From: Moniliella sp. 'wahieum'
Taxonomy: Eukaryota
Assembly (NCBI GenBank): GCA_003971905.1
Contig: RSEE01000052.1
Location: 372,001 to 436,000 of the forward strand
DNA length: 64,000 nt
Direction of reading: 5' to 3'
A program made the position numbers and the translations under genes. How positions within the stretch are numbered: the first letter of the stretch is position 1; each line of letters starts with the position of its first letter. The notes under the pieces were generated by a model. The model saw only the letters and a program-made list of their open reading frames with translations. It ran no database searches and was not told where the DNA came from. Below are positions 12,158-24,955 of this stretch, piece after piece.

Positions 12158-13140
12158 GAGCTCACTGGCACTCGCTGCTCCCTACTCACGCTCAGAAACG
12201 TCTCCTACCTACCTCCCTCCCACCCATCAACCGGACAACGTTCCTCCGGTTTTGCCCTCTTCATCTCATCTGTTGCGTCAACCCACTTTGATTCTTGGTT
12301 CGCTCAAAGCCTTGAAGGGTTCCTGCATTCAAATTAGTGTTCCCAGTCGACCGCCTTTTCCCTCCATCTTGCTCACCTCGTTTTGGTCTTCGTTCTCGAT
12401 GCGTTGTTCGTTTTTGGTATGAACTCTGCTATTTCTCTGTCTTATGTCTGCTGCTGCGTTCCGCTCGGCTCTCTGGCGCTCAACACTTGATGCACCTTTG
12501 AATATGTTCTACTCGATGCTTTTAACTATGCTGATGGGATGGGGATTCACAAAGCCTGAGCTTGAAAGAGGACGTGCATGACGCGACGGTAGCGAGATTA
12601 GGGTAGAGGGTGGCGTGTCAAGCTAGGGAACAGGGAAAATATCGACAATCGCAGCGAAATGCAAAACAGAGATGTGGGTTTTTCTGTCCCTGATAATCCC
12701 CGGGCCACTCACAAATCAGGCAATGTGCCCGAGCGTTAAGGGATTGATTCGAACTACTGATTGCAATTATCAATTAGGCTTTGCCTGCACAGGTTCGAGT
12801 CCTGTCATTGTCGTTTTTTTTTGGCGACCCCTTCTTGTCGCAACTTCAAGTGTGAATGGAACTGCTCGCGTGCACATGCGGTACATGTTGGGCATTGGGG
12901 GCATTGCGGCGTCGACGCGGACGACTCGATACGGTCGTAAAAGCATTGGAGGGTATAAGTATTTCCATCTGTCCCTTTTTTGTTCGGGGGTTTTGTCAAC
13001 ATTTCAGACGAGGTTCTCGGGGCAGACAGCAGATAGGACGAGGCGAGGATGCAGCAGAGGTGGTTGAGTATTGAATGTTCAGTTGAACGTTGAACGCCAC
13101 CAAGCTTGCAGCCACACGCCTTGCCCGCCCCTCCGCCATC

Positions 13141-13231
13141 ACCCACCATCGCCATCGCCATCGCCATCGTCATTGCCATCTCCATCTCCATCTTCATCTC
13201 CGTCTCCATCTCCATCTTAATTTCCATCTTC
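13141..13231 (+). repeat. Hexamer microsatellite (CATCGC/CATCTC)n
   Basis: caccatcgccatcgccatcgccatcgtcattgccatctccatctccatc... Confidence 0.8.
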
Positions 13232-13275
13232 ACCGCCTCGCCTTCTCTCCCCGCACGCGGCGGTCGCCAGAATCA

Positions 13276-15397
13276 ATGCCGTCACATGTACCCCTCCACC
13301 ACCTCCCGGTTGAGGTGGTCGAGACGATTGCGTACTACGTTGCTGTCCTACCAGAGTGCAGTCCTGCGCCTACCATCTTTCCTGCCCCCGATCCACCCCA
13401 TTCCCCCGCTTGCCCCCAGCGCCCCCAGCGCCGCCTACCCCCTCAGCTCTGATACCGCTTCTCTGCACGTGCAGTCAGATCTACTTGAAGATCAGGCGAC
13501 AGTCTTGTCCTCGCCTCTACGCCAGCATCTTCCATGCCAAGTTTGACACCTCCGCCCTAGCCCGCCGATACGGCCGCGCCATTCTTAATGCTCCCATCTT
13601 GGCGGACGAGCTGGTCAAGCGATGCTGCATTCTCAAGCGCATCCGCTACGCCGTTGCGGTTGGACGGCTGTTCCCTGGGCTTGATCCTGTTTGTGCGCCC
13701 AACCCAGGCCAGCTCCAGACCCGCGCCGAAGCCGAGGCTGAGCTCGAGGAGAACCTATGGCTTGCCTACCTCATGATGACCGAGAATGATGGCAAGAACT
13801 ACCAACAGTTGCTCTGGGCAGAAATGGCGAGCTATAACCAGCTCTTTTACAACCAAGAAATTGTTTCGGACTTGCTTCGGCCCTCCTACCCGCCCGACGG
13901 CCCTGCTCGCTCCCTCGCGTTCCACCTGATTACCCTCGTTCAGCGCCAATCGGCGTTGAACAAAGAGGATGCCCGCGAGGCCACTCAGCGCATTTTTCTT
14001 TTGCGTCCTTACGTCTTTGCTTCACATCAGGTATGTCCTCTTCCAACCAACCAGATGAACAAAAAACTGATCCTTTTTATTCCAGTTTGATGCCTTCTTT
14101 GCCCCCTGGAGCGAGCCCCACCCCCTCTTCAAGATCCCTCAAAGACGACAGTCCAGCGACCTTTGGCCGATTCGCCTGTGCCTCCCTCAGAACCCGGAGT
14201 CTCGACCCCCCTCGTCCCTCATCTTGGCAGAGCCGGGTGTGCCACATCCAACACCTCGGGCAAGAGCTCACCATTTGCCCCCCGATCCTGTCGCATGCTG
14301 CGTGCGTCATGTTTTTCCAGCGAGTCGAACGCGACCCCAGTGTGATCACCATGTCGGGCGAGCTCGCAGCGCACTATCCCGACGCGCCAGCCCAGCACGC
14401 TGAAGGTGCCTCCGGCTTTCAAGTGCCCCATCGCCCGCCAGCACGTGTCCTTACCGATTCGTCGGACACAACGCCCCTCCATCTTGGTGTGAGGACGGAC
14501 CCGCAAGGGACTCGGTCCCGAAGCGGAGATCAGCCAGGACGAAAGGCAGCCTGCCGCTCGCGTTTGGGCGTGCCCGGTCGCCCCTGTTCCCGTCGGTGGC
14601 GTACGATAAGGACCTACTGCGTCTGTTGGCGTGCGCCTCTCCTTCTCGATCGCTGGGTCTACGGCCCTCGTTCTCGGCGGGCGAGTTTGCTGGATCGTGG
14701 GAAGGACGGTTTTGCTTTTTTGACTTTGATGCGTTTGGCCAGATGCTGCAGGGGGACATGCGCGCATTGTATGATGGCACGTTTGGGGAACAGCCGCAGA
14801 TGTGGAAGCTGAAGGAACGCATGGTCCGCCTTGGACCCTCCGAATCGGTAGGCGGCAGCGGCAGCCGGCTCAATGCCGGTTGCGAGGACACGAACAACCA
14901 AGACGACCGGTCGCATGAAGAGTTGGTTCGCAACGTTCCCCACCCCCCCGCGCTTCATCAGGAGAGCGTGGCGCCCACGTGGGTCCGCGATCCCGACCAA
15001 GACTACCCGTCCTTTGGCCTGGACGAGCTTACCACCGAAGAGAGGGAACGCTACTCGGACGACCCGGATTGCTACGAGATTCGGATCCGGGGCACGGGTC
15101 ACTCGGCCTGGGGCCGCTTTGCCCTGCGTGGTCGTATTCGCAGCTGGGACGGCATGATCATTTTGAAAAAATCGTATTGCCCCGATGGACGCGGGCGCTG
15201 GCTGTACCGCGGCTACGCGTTGACGGGCGGGTGCCTGGTGGGACGGTGGAGGGATACGTTTACGCCTACCGATATGAATGGGTATGAGGGGTGCGTATCT
15301 GGATTTCCTGTTGTTGGGTCGGGTGGACGGGACACTGACGCTGACTCTTGTTGGTTCGACCAGGAGCTTCTTACTGCACAAGCGACAGACTTCGTAA
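13276..15397 (+). CDS. Conserved fungal hypothetical protein with F-box-like N-terminus and Trp/Gly-rich C-terminal domain; introns ~14031-14086 and ~15292-15363
   Basis: MPSHVPLHHLPVEVVETIAYYV (F-box-like LPxE); YASIFHAKFD, LWLAYLMMTENDGKN; C-terminal GSWEGRF, GHSAWGRFALRGRIRSWDG, GRWLYRGY, LVGRWRDT, GYEG. Confidence 0.65.
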
Positions 15398-16153
15398 TAA
15401 TTGCAACGCATCGTCTCCCTCTTCATCCTCGCTTCTGGACAGCAGTGCTAACACGGCAGTATGATGCGCCGGCATCGGAAGCGCCGCACGGGAGCCATGC
15501 GATCCTTGTTCCGGTTGGAAATCATGGACATCCTGCGTGCTGCCAATTAACTGCCAATGCACTAGACACCGTTAGCACTCCTTGAAGTAGATGAACTGAC
15601 GACCAATAGCAGGGAGCCTCAACACAAGAGCCAGGTATATCCATTCCCGCACTAGTTGACACAGGCGGCACAATCACAAGGCTGCGAGCACTTCGCCTGG
15701 CCGACAGAATGATTAGGATACGAGGCCCTAGGAAGCAGGTAAAACGATTGGCTTTTGGCTCGAGGATTCAGGAATGTACAAGTGGGGTGCATCGCCAAGG
15801 TGAGGCTAGGACAGTGGTCCGATGAAATGATAACAGGTCACATCTGATGGGAATGGAAGACTAGATATTACCTGCATAGATTCTGAGCAGTCGGGGGTTA
15901 CCAGCAATGAGGTACAGCCCAGAGAGACATGACTACCATGTTATGGGCTGCGCTTTGTTCAAGTTACACAGGACGATTGCACAGATTAGTAGCAAGGAAA
16001 CCAGTGGACTAGATGCAGATGTAGAACGGCGGCAGGAAAGAGGCAAAGCACCCAGATTGGCTCATCAAACTCGAGGGGCCATCCTCAAGCAAGAGACAAT
16101 CGTGCCTTGGCAGGAAAAGTGGGGTGTATACGAAGAGAGGAGAGGAGGAAGCA

Positions 16154-17309
16154 CTACTCGAGAACGGTGCTGTCGGGGCGAGCGTGGAGCTCTCTCCGCT
16201 CTTCCCGGCCCGAATCCCCAAACGAGCCAGGGATGCCATCGCGCTGGGCACGGTGGGTAATGGCAAGACTGGTGTACTCGATCAGGGACCAGGTAATGCC
16301 GTGGGAGAAGAAGCTGCGGAACGTGCTCACTCCCAAGCCGCGGTAGAGCCGGAGGAAGCGACGTGGGAGACTCTGTCGTTCGCCCGGCGCGGGAGCATTG
16401 AGGATCTGGAGAAAAATGCGCACGGACGATGTCGGTGGCGCTCCGGCCAACGCTTGTTTTTGCACACGGGTCTTGACAAGGTCCAGGGGGTATACAAAGA
16501 ACCAGGACGCGATTCCGGCTACACTGCCATTCAAAAAGGCCACAATGGGGCCGGGATGCCCCAGACTGAGACGGGACCAGCAAAGACCTGCTCGGATGAC
16601 AGCCCCTGGTGTCGCACTGCCTGCTGGGCCAACAAGGCACGGCAAGAATCGTAAAATCCAAAGTAAAGGGTCGTGCCAAACGTGTCGCGCAAAAGATGAA
16701 GACGGAAGCCCAAGTAAAATCCACGAAGACCGCGGTGGTCGCGATAGATCTGACGGGCAGCTTGCACGCCCGTCATCGCGGTCTTGAAACCGGTCTGAGC
16801 GCGGCCCTGCTGGAGTGCAATGATGTACTCCAGTTGCCGCTGGACCTTGACTAGCTCAAAGGGGGCCGAACCACAGGAAATGATCATGCCCGACGTGGCG
16901 CCGCCCAGGGCGCCCGAGGCAGCCACATCACGAACTGAGAAGGGGTCACAGAACCAGCCGGCTTGTGGAAGAGGCGCTTGGTATTGGTGTAAATGCCAAA
17001 GCTAGAGGTACGCACAAAGGAGATGGTGGCGAGTGGGACGGCCATGCCACGAGTAAAGCCGCGGATGCCCTCCTCGGCAAAGACGGCGCGGGCGCAGTTG
17101 ACGACGGCCGGGCGGGGGTAGACGCGTACCTGGAGGCGTGCCTTGAGCGAATCAAGCGGAAAGGACACGGCGGTGCTGACGAGAGAGGCAGTGCCGGCCG
17201 CAAACCGTGCGATGGTCCCAGAGCCACTGGGACAGGGGGCGGGCGGAGGGGCAGGAGGAGGAGGGGGAGGGGGGCACCAACAGGGGGGGGTCGGGGGTAT
17301 TGGTGGCAT
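16154..17309 (-). CDS. Mitochondrial carrier family (SLC25) protein
   Basis: Three Px[D/E]xx[K/R] signatures: PLDSLKARLQ, PFELVKVQRQ, PLDLVKTRVQ; also GIRGFTRG, GLRGFYLG, LYRGLG; split over three frames. Confidence 0.9.
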
Positions 17310-18680
17310 CGGTCAGCGTCAGCGCTCCGCGCTCAGCACGCTCCTCCCGTTGACGCCCAGCGGACGAGGGGCGGGGCGAGGGAAGAGTGGAGGTGGTGGT
17401 GGCAGCGCACCAGCCGCCGCGGGCGGTGCGATCGGCCGGCCTGGGCTGCTGCTGGAGAGTGCAGCGCCGGGGCGCCTGCACGTGCACACCCAGCATGCAT
17501 CACGTGACGCCCGCCCCACGCCTCGGTTTCATGGGCGGAAGTGCCGTGGGCGGAAGCGCGGAACGGGAGGGGGATTGAAATGTGAAACTGGCACATGGCT
17601 GCGGCCCTGTGGATCTTGGGCGGTGACGCGTGACGCGTGATGCGTGATGGTGATCTTATTACCGCCTGTTGATTTTTCTTTGTTCGTAGACCCTACTCGT
17701 GTTGACGTTTCGAACGTAGGCCAGGGACTAGGGAGCGTCGGCCCGGCATCTTCTGGCCCCGGGTGGGATGGGATTGGGCTGGCGAATGCAGATGCATGAT
17801 ACGCTGACGCGCTGACGAGGGCCGAACGGGAGGAGGATGCAACATGGGCGAACACAGAAAAGGAGGCCATCATGCATCGTACACCCCTTGGCAAGCTTGC
17901 AAAGCTGCAACAAGCTTCCAGGGGCAAAAGGGGCCAAAGGGGGCGAAAAGGGGAAGTGTGTTGTTCGCTGCGGGTGGTAATGTGGATGGGGCCGGTGGGG
18001 GCTACGCCCGTGTGAGGCTTGGGGCGTTGGCGGAATGGGCGGTGGATGCAATCAGTGAATCAGTCCGGTGCATCCACAGGCAATGGCCGGGACAGAGACA
18101 ATGCGGCTGCGGTAACGCCGGTAACGCGTAACGCAGCGGCCGTAATGATCCTGCCATGGCATGTGCGGGTATGGGGCAGGCTTATTTAGGCTGCCCCAGT
18201 GCCAGCGCTGGCTGCATCACACCTCGGCAGCGCTGCGTCCAGCAACCCAGACCAAGCATGCACACGAGGCCCACCAGGCCAGTGTCCACCACACCAGAGA
18301 TAAGGACGCGCCCAGCGCCCAGCGCCCACACAGCCCCTGTGCTGCCCGCCCGGTGCGTCCTGCTGTCCGCCGCCTGCATGCACCTGCTGGGCGTTTTTAC
18401 CTCGCCATCCCAGACGCCATTCGTCGCCCCCCCTCCACCTCCACCACCACCTCCTCCTCCCACCTCCGCCTCACCCGCTCCACGGCCCCTGCCCAACCGC
18501 AGGCCCCGCCCACACCCATGCCCCCGCCCAGCTCTCCCTGGCCGGCGCTCCCGCCCAGCCACTCCCTCGTCCTCACCCCCACCCCGTCCCCGCCCCTGCC
18601 CCCGCCGCCCCCGCCGACACCTGGGGCTCCACCACCCCGACCTCAGCCTCTACCCCCCCCTCATCCTCCCTGCGTCCGAG

Positions 18681-21614
18681 ATGAGCCATGCGCTGCCTCC
18701 GCCCCATCCTCGCAGCCGCCTCCGCAGTGTGTCCGCCGTATCACTGCCGCCCAGTTTTGCCGCCTTGTACACCCAGTTTGACCGCACCGATGTTCCTGGC
18801 CCAGTTTGTATTTCCCTGGCTCTACGGCAGCGGCCTGGGCGCCTCGGCGCCTCCCAAGTATCGCGGGATGGTTACAGTCCGTGCAGACATGCCGTCCCGG
18901 GAACGACGCTCTACAGCACCGCCCCACTCCTACCCCCACTCCACCTCCCCCGCGTCACCCGAGCCTTTGAGTCCTTGTCGTCCGATCAGGGCACAGTGCC
19001 TCCCTTGCTGCATACTGCATCGCTTGATTCGCTGTGTACAGATATGGAGGCCCATCGCAGCTTGTTTGAGCGCACGTCTGTCGATACCCTCGACTCGTCC
19101 TCGCGCGAAAGTTTGAGCGCCTGGTCCAGCCTCTCTCTCGAGGCCCGCGCCAGCATTGCCTCGGCCGCAACAAGTGTAGAGAGTATGGATCCCGCCACCT
19201 TGGGCTCCTCCCCCTCTACCAAGCACACATCTTTCCTGTCGCATGACGCGCCAAGTGGAGAACATGGGTGCGAGGCTACCATGTCACGTCTTCATTCCGG
19301 CCCCTACCTCTACCTTGTCTGCTCAGCCCAAGACTGTCCAGTGTCATCCGCGTGGAAAAGCGGCTGGAAATGGAAAGCGTACGATCCACAGCCTCCCCAT
19401 TCGCGTTTGGCTGGCACGTTTGATGTGCGCAAGTGCCTTTACGCACCATTGCAGGCGGGCGAACGAAAAGTAGGAGCGGAGATGAACGCTGGCTTCCTCG
19501 TTGATAGCCCCGAGGAAGATCCAGTGATCAGCGCTTCTGCCATGGATTTGGACCCGGCCGAAAAACAAGAGAATTGGCATGCTCATTTTCAGCCCGCACT
19601 GCGTCCTGGCAAGCCAGACCTGCCTCATGAGCTGCGCAACTTTGGCGGACAGTACTCACTTTTCACCAAAATCTCGGACGTATTTATCTATTGCCCTGCG
19701 GGCCTACACAGTGGCATGCTCGAACTCGCGCAGTGGATTGCTCAGCGCAAGCTACCCACAAGAAAGATGGTTGACCTGTGGGTGCCGAAGCGGTCCCCGT
19801 AACTTACAATGTCTTTGTGGTCGAAGATCCATTCGACGCATTTGACCGTCACTTCCCCTCCCTTGTTGAGGTTGGTTCCGATGGCCACGCCCACTTTGGC
19901 GTCGATTTTGAGGAAGACGAGCGGAACTTGCTGCAAGTTCTCACCAAAGCCAGCGAGTTGGGACCTAACATATTTGTACGTTACCCGTCCATTAGCAATG
20001 GTGCCTGGTCTGACTGGATTCCTAGGTCGGTGGACCCGGAGATGTTCCCACGATATGTTGAAGCCGGTGATATCAAGGTGCACAACCCAGCCGGATATGC
20101 GGTGGTAGTGCATGCTGAAAATGGCTTTGACACAGCCGACCAAGGCCAGCTGACCCGTGTAGCATCCTTCCTCGACTCCCTTGAACAGCGAACTGCCCAA
20201 GCGCTGCGTAAGGATCAAGCTTTAGTGGGTTATGAGGCTGAGAATCTCCCGACGGCAACCCCCTCCGCCCCACCCCTTGCAGCGGCGGATGTGACCGCAG
20301 CCTGCAATCAATACTGCCAAGCTTCGGGCCCTGTGAGTAGCTTTGCTGTGCGGCCCCGCAGACCCCGCTCGGCAGCGGTGGACAAATTGATCGACTTGGT
20401 AATGTGGATGCATCGCATGGCCGAACCAGCTTCGTTTGCGGACGAATCCAAATCCTGTCGACGAGCTCCCCATTCTTCGAGCCGACGGCGGACCAGCGCC
20501 GAGCCCAGCCAATGGGGAAGAAGATTCTTCTCTACTCGAATATTGGCTACATGGGTATCGCGGTAATCTCACTCACCTTTCTCATGTACCGTTATTCACT
20601 CGGTCTCCCCCAAGCGATGATGTACGCCCACAACATATGCAAACGCGAGGTGCACGTCTATCCTGACCAGATGCCTCTTTTGCGGTCCATCGAGGCTCGC
20701 CTTCATGCGCGCGTCTGCCTCGGCCAGACGCCCCCTCGCCGTTCTAGCGTGGGAATGGTCTTCTCCGTTGGCGCGGTGGAAACTTCTCTCCCCGTTCGCA
20801 GCCACAGCCTGGCCAATGTCGCGGATCTCTCGTCATACCGACGCGTGGGGGGCTCGATCTTGGACGAAATGGCGGTGGAGGATTGTGTACATGCCGCAGT
20901 GCTTCGTTTACCCGTATCCCACCCAACGAGTCGGTCGCACTTGAGGGTGAGTGGGTAAACCATCCGTCATTCACGGGCTCGCTCGCCTCGCGCATCTTGC
21001 CCCAGCTTTACCTCGGCTCTGCCGACCACGCCATCAATGTGGGCATGCTGCGTGCCCAGAAGATTACCCACGTTGTATCCGTGGGGGAATCACCCCTGAC
21101 TCAGTCGCTCATTGAAACGGGGTCCGATTCCGCCCCTACCCCCAACACGCTGTGGGTGCCCATGCCCTTGGCTTGATCCAATTACGTGAGGTCGCGGGTC
21201 TTCCCGACGATGGGCTGCAGCCCTTGCGGGACGTACTTCTCCCTGCCGTCGAGTATATCCACACCGCCATCGCTCAAGGTGGTACGGTCTTGGTGCACTG
21301 CCGAGCCGGGGTGAGCCGGAGTGTTACGGTGATTCTGGCCTACTTGATGGCTCATGCCAACATGTCGCTCGAGGATGCCTACTCTTTCACTCGTGCGCGC
21401 CGACTGGCAGTGCTGATCCAACCAACCTTACTCTTTTTCTGGGAGCTGCGCAACTGGCAGATTTATCTTTCCTCTCGTAACCAGCAAGACCAAGGCAAAG
21501 AAGGTGGGGCCTTACGACCCTGCCGGTGCCACTAGCCCCCTACTCCGCAATTCTTGGCTTTCATTGTCGGCACTAATCGCCCGAGCCAATGTGCGGTATG
21601 GGTATGCCGACTAG
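18681..21614 (+). CDS. Large dual-specificity protein phosphatase, Pps1-like
   Basis: SRILPQLYLGSADHA..., catalytic VLVHCRAGVSRS, IQPTLLFFWEL; upstream degenerate phosphatase-like segment (KILLYSNIGY); frameshifted. Confidence 0.8.
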
Positions 21615-22164
21615 CCTTCTCCAATCATTCATCTTCATCTTTGTCTATCTTTCCAACATTTTTCATACCCCCCCCCCCCCCCCCTGCGTCCCCCGCCTCA
21701 CTCAACCCCACTGCCATAACCCATCAAGATGTTGCCCTCATCCAGTTTATTTGTATCCTCTTGACCGCAATGGTCCTGCCTGCTGCTGCCCTGCACTCAA
21801 AATGTGTCGGCAGCAATTCCTTCCTGCTCCTTCTGTCGCTGGACAGTATCTGTCGATCCGTCCTTGCTCTGAACGCTGAAGCCTGTCTTTTTTGACTCTT
21901 GTATTATTCTTCGCCTCGAACCTGGTTCTGTTCCTACTTGCTGCCACAACGCATCATGAGTGCTACCATAGTGAAATCCTACAGCGCCACAAGCATTGTC
22001 CAATCCACCACAACAGCCGTGAGCAGAGCAGTCCGATTGTACCTGTCCCTGTCGAAGCAGGGTCAGAGTAGTAGCCCTAGTCGCCTGAAGGAAGCGCGCG
22101 AAGCTGAGGCGCAGGCGCCAGGCGGGTGCGACCAGCCCGCAAGGCATATTTGTCAAGCCAAAGC

Positions 22165-22647
22165 TTATTCCTCGTCCTCCTCGTCGTCGTCCTCCTCCTC
22201 CGACTCCTCCTCCGATTCCTCCTCGGCCTGCTTCTCGAGGCAAGCAACGGCGATGCGGTCCAGGTCGCGCATGCCGTCTTGGGAGATGCGGCGGCCGCCC
22301 TTGGGGTCCTTCTCCAGCACACCAATGCTCTCCAGGGCCTGGACGACCTTACGCTGCACCGAGCCCGAGGCATCAGCGTGCTTCGAGGGACGGTAGCCGC
22401 GGTTCTGCGCACCACCTTGGTACCTTTGCAGCGCACCAATGCCTACGCTCTTGCGCAGGTAAATGTGCCGTGCCACAGCGGCCGCGCGAACGTAAAACCA
22501 CGTCTCATCGTACGGCGCCAGCTCCTTGTACGCGCCCGTCTTGACAATGTCCACCCACGTCGGCAACTCAATCTTTCCCGAGCGGCGCAGGTGCTCGGCG
22601 TACTCCTGGATGAACAGGTCGGCAGCAACGTCACGAACGTTGGGCAT
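22165..22647 (-). CDS. RPS19: 40S ribosomal protein eS19
   Basis: VRDVAADLFI..LRRSGKIELPTWVDIVKTG.YKELAPYD..WFYVRAAAVARHIYLRK, GGRRISQDGMRDLDRIA; acidic C-terminal tail; probable 5'UTR intron ~22654-22806. Confidence 0.97.
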   Translation of the reverse strand: MPNVRDVAADLFIQEYAEHLRRSGKIELPTWVDIVKTGAYKELAPYDETWFYVRAAAVARHIYLRKSVGIGALQRYQGGAQNRGYRPSKHADASGSVQRKVVQALESIGVLEKDPKGGRRISQDGMRDLDRIAVACLEKQAEEESEEESEEEDDDEEDEE

Positions 22648-23390
22648 GGTGGGCTACCAAACAAACAACCCAAGTGGGGGTAGGGGGTCAGCCACCCTGT
22701 CATCCACACGGATTCAGAGCGGAGACGCAAGCCATCGTCGCCTGTCCTCCGCTCGCCTTCTCCCCCGCCCGCCCTCCTTCCCTCGCGCCCAAAGCGAGCA
22801 ACGTACCTATTCTTCTTGCTTGGAGCGGTGGCCTGGTGTCGTTGCGCAGCGGGGGCGCCCGAGCACGCAGCTAGGTCCCTGCGGGCCGGCTGCGCTAGCA
22901 ACCAGTAGGGTTCCTCCGCCCAGTTGCCGCAGCAATGGCCCTGCTAGGTTGTGCACGTGACGCGATCCATTTGTTTCGCGCTGCTCCCCCGCGAGGACAG
23001 GGGGGCAGTCGTAGGACTCGGGATGCCCGGGGGGGCGACGAGGCCCATTGCTTCGTTGTCAGACTCGGCCCCGCCGTCGTCAGAGCGACGGTGGGCATGG
23101 GCCCGTGAGGCAGGCCACCATGTTGACGGGTTGGACGGCGGGGGGCGGATGCTGCCCTGGGGCTACCAGCCCGACGCCGCTGCTTCTGGTGCATCTTACA
23201 CACAAGGACGCGGAAATGAGTCATAGGCCGCACGGCAGGGCGGAATTGCGGGCGCTCGTAATTCCGCTTGCAAGGTGGAAGAAGCAGATGTGGTTTTTTG
23301 GTGGCACACAGGGGCAGGCGGGTGGCGATGCCCGTGTGGTGTGCGGGAGGAGCTCGGCGAGGCACTACCATCTGTTTTTGCTTGACCAGG

Positions 23391-24400
23391 ATGCGGTTCT
23401 ACGAGAAGGTGCTCCCCGACCCCGATGATGTGGTGATGGTCCAGGTGCGGCAAATCGCCGAGATGGGCGCGTACGTCAACCTGCTCGAGTACGACAATGC
23501 CGAAGGCATGATCATGCTCTCGGAGCTCTCCCGCCGTCGCATTCGCTCCATCCAAAAGCTCATCCGGGTCGGGCGGAACGAGGTGGTGGTGGTGGTGATG
23601 CGTGTTGACAAGGACAAGGGTACGTTTTTTGTGTTTGCTCGCTCTCCATCGTGCCGCGCACGTGCGTTGCGTAGCAGTCGACTGACCCCGTTCGGCGAGC
23701 TAGGCTACATTGACTTGTCCAAGAGGCGCGTGGACCCCGAAGACATTGAAAAGTGCGCGGAGCGCTACCAAAAGTCCAAGACGGTGCACAACCTCATGTC
23801 CCAGGTCGCCGGGAAGACCAACTACCCTTTGGAGCAGTTGTATGAGAAGGTGTGCTGGCCGCTGGACAAGAAATTTGGCCACTGCTTTGATGCGTTCAAG
23901 TTGTCGATTGTGGACCGGGGCCAGGTATTTGATGGCCTGGACCCGCTCCCGCCCGAGGTGGCGGAACAGCTGAGGCTCAACATTGTGCGCAAGCTCACGC
24001 CCAGCCCGTCAAGCTGCGTGCCGACGTGGAGGTGACCTGCTTCAGCCCCGAAGGCATTGACGCGATCAAGAAGGCGCTGCGGGCCGGCATGGCCTGCTCG
24101 ACCGACGAGTTCCCGATCCAGGTCAAGCTCGTCGCGCCACCGCTGTATGTGTGTTGTGCAGCACGACCAACAAGACGGGTGGGCTGGAAGTGCTGGAGAA
24201 GGCACTGGAGCAGATCCAGGCGTCCATCAGCGCCTCGCGCGGATCGATGGTGGTCAAGATGCAGCCCAAGGCGGTCTCCGAGACGGAGGACAAGGAGCTG
24301 GAACAGCTCATGGCACGCGCCGAGAAGGAAAATGCCGAGGTCGATGGCGACTCGGACTCGGACTCGGATAGAGGAGAGAAGACAGCTTCCTTATCTCCAT
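23391..24400 (+). CDS. SUI2: Translation initiation factor 2 alpha subunit; intron ~23620-23703
   Basis: [90 protein letters not shown]. The stop is blurred by frameshifts. Confidence 0.97.
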
Positions 24401-24955
24401 TATCCCAGGGCAATGCACGCTCTTCTACGATCTTTGCGTCGGATCTTTGTGTCGGTCTCGGCCTCAGCCTTGAACTGGGTGGTCAGGTGGCCCGCGAGGT
24501 GGCTCCTTAGCTTTAGGCTGAAACAGCCGCAGTACTCATTCAGGATCCGCGCCGCCCCACGCCTCCGTTCTGGATGTAGTTCTCCATCGTGCTGTTCCAC
24601 AAGCCTGGAACTGGATGCGGTCGGTTGCTCCCTTTGCAGTGTACGAGCCTCTATTGTGGCTTCGATTGAGTCAAGTCCGTGCCACAGAGCTCTCGTCAAT
24701 CTGCCCGGGAGGAGGAGGAGGAGGTAGCCGGCAGTCAGATGGAACTGGTCTCGCAGTTTCAGTGTACAAACGAGTGGACTGTAGGCGCCGCACAGGTTTG
24801 ACAATGGAAGAGAATTCGTCACATATAATAGCGGGTCAGGCTATTATATTAGACCTGAGAAGGACACATACGTGTTCGCAACGAGAGCCTGTTGCCGAAG
24901 CGGCGCTTCCCTCGCGGGCTAATGCGCCTCAGCATACGGACGAGGAACGTACCAT
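24400..24955 (-). CDS. Possible small hypothetical gene (ATG directly followed by an intron)
   Basis: Minus strand ...GTCATG|GTACGT (~24955) ... CTGAC ... polypyrimidine ... CAG (~24701), then an open stretch to 24400; no recognisable domain. Confidence 0.3.

Noticed and set aside
2247..15397. Secondary-metabolite cluster around the Zn2Cys6 factor
   Set aside because: No PKS, NRPS, terpene synthase, tailoring enzyme or exporter in the window.
23583..23597. Five consecutive Val codons (GTG)5 in eIF2-alpha
   Set aside because: One more than I would expect, but it may be a trivial triplet slip or an assembly error; the regulatory [10 protein letters not shown] site is intact.
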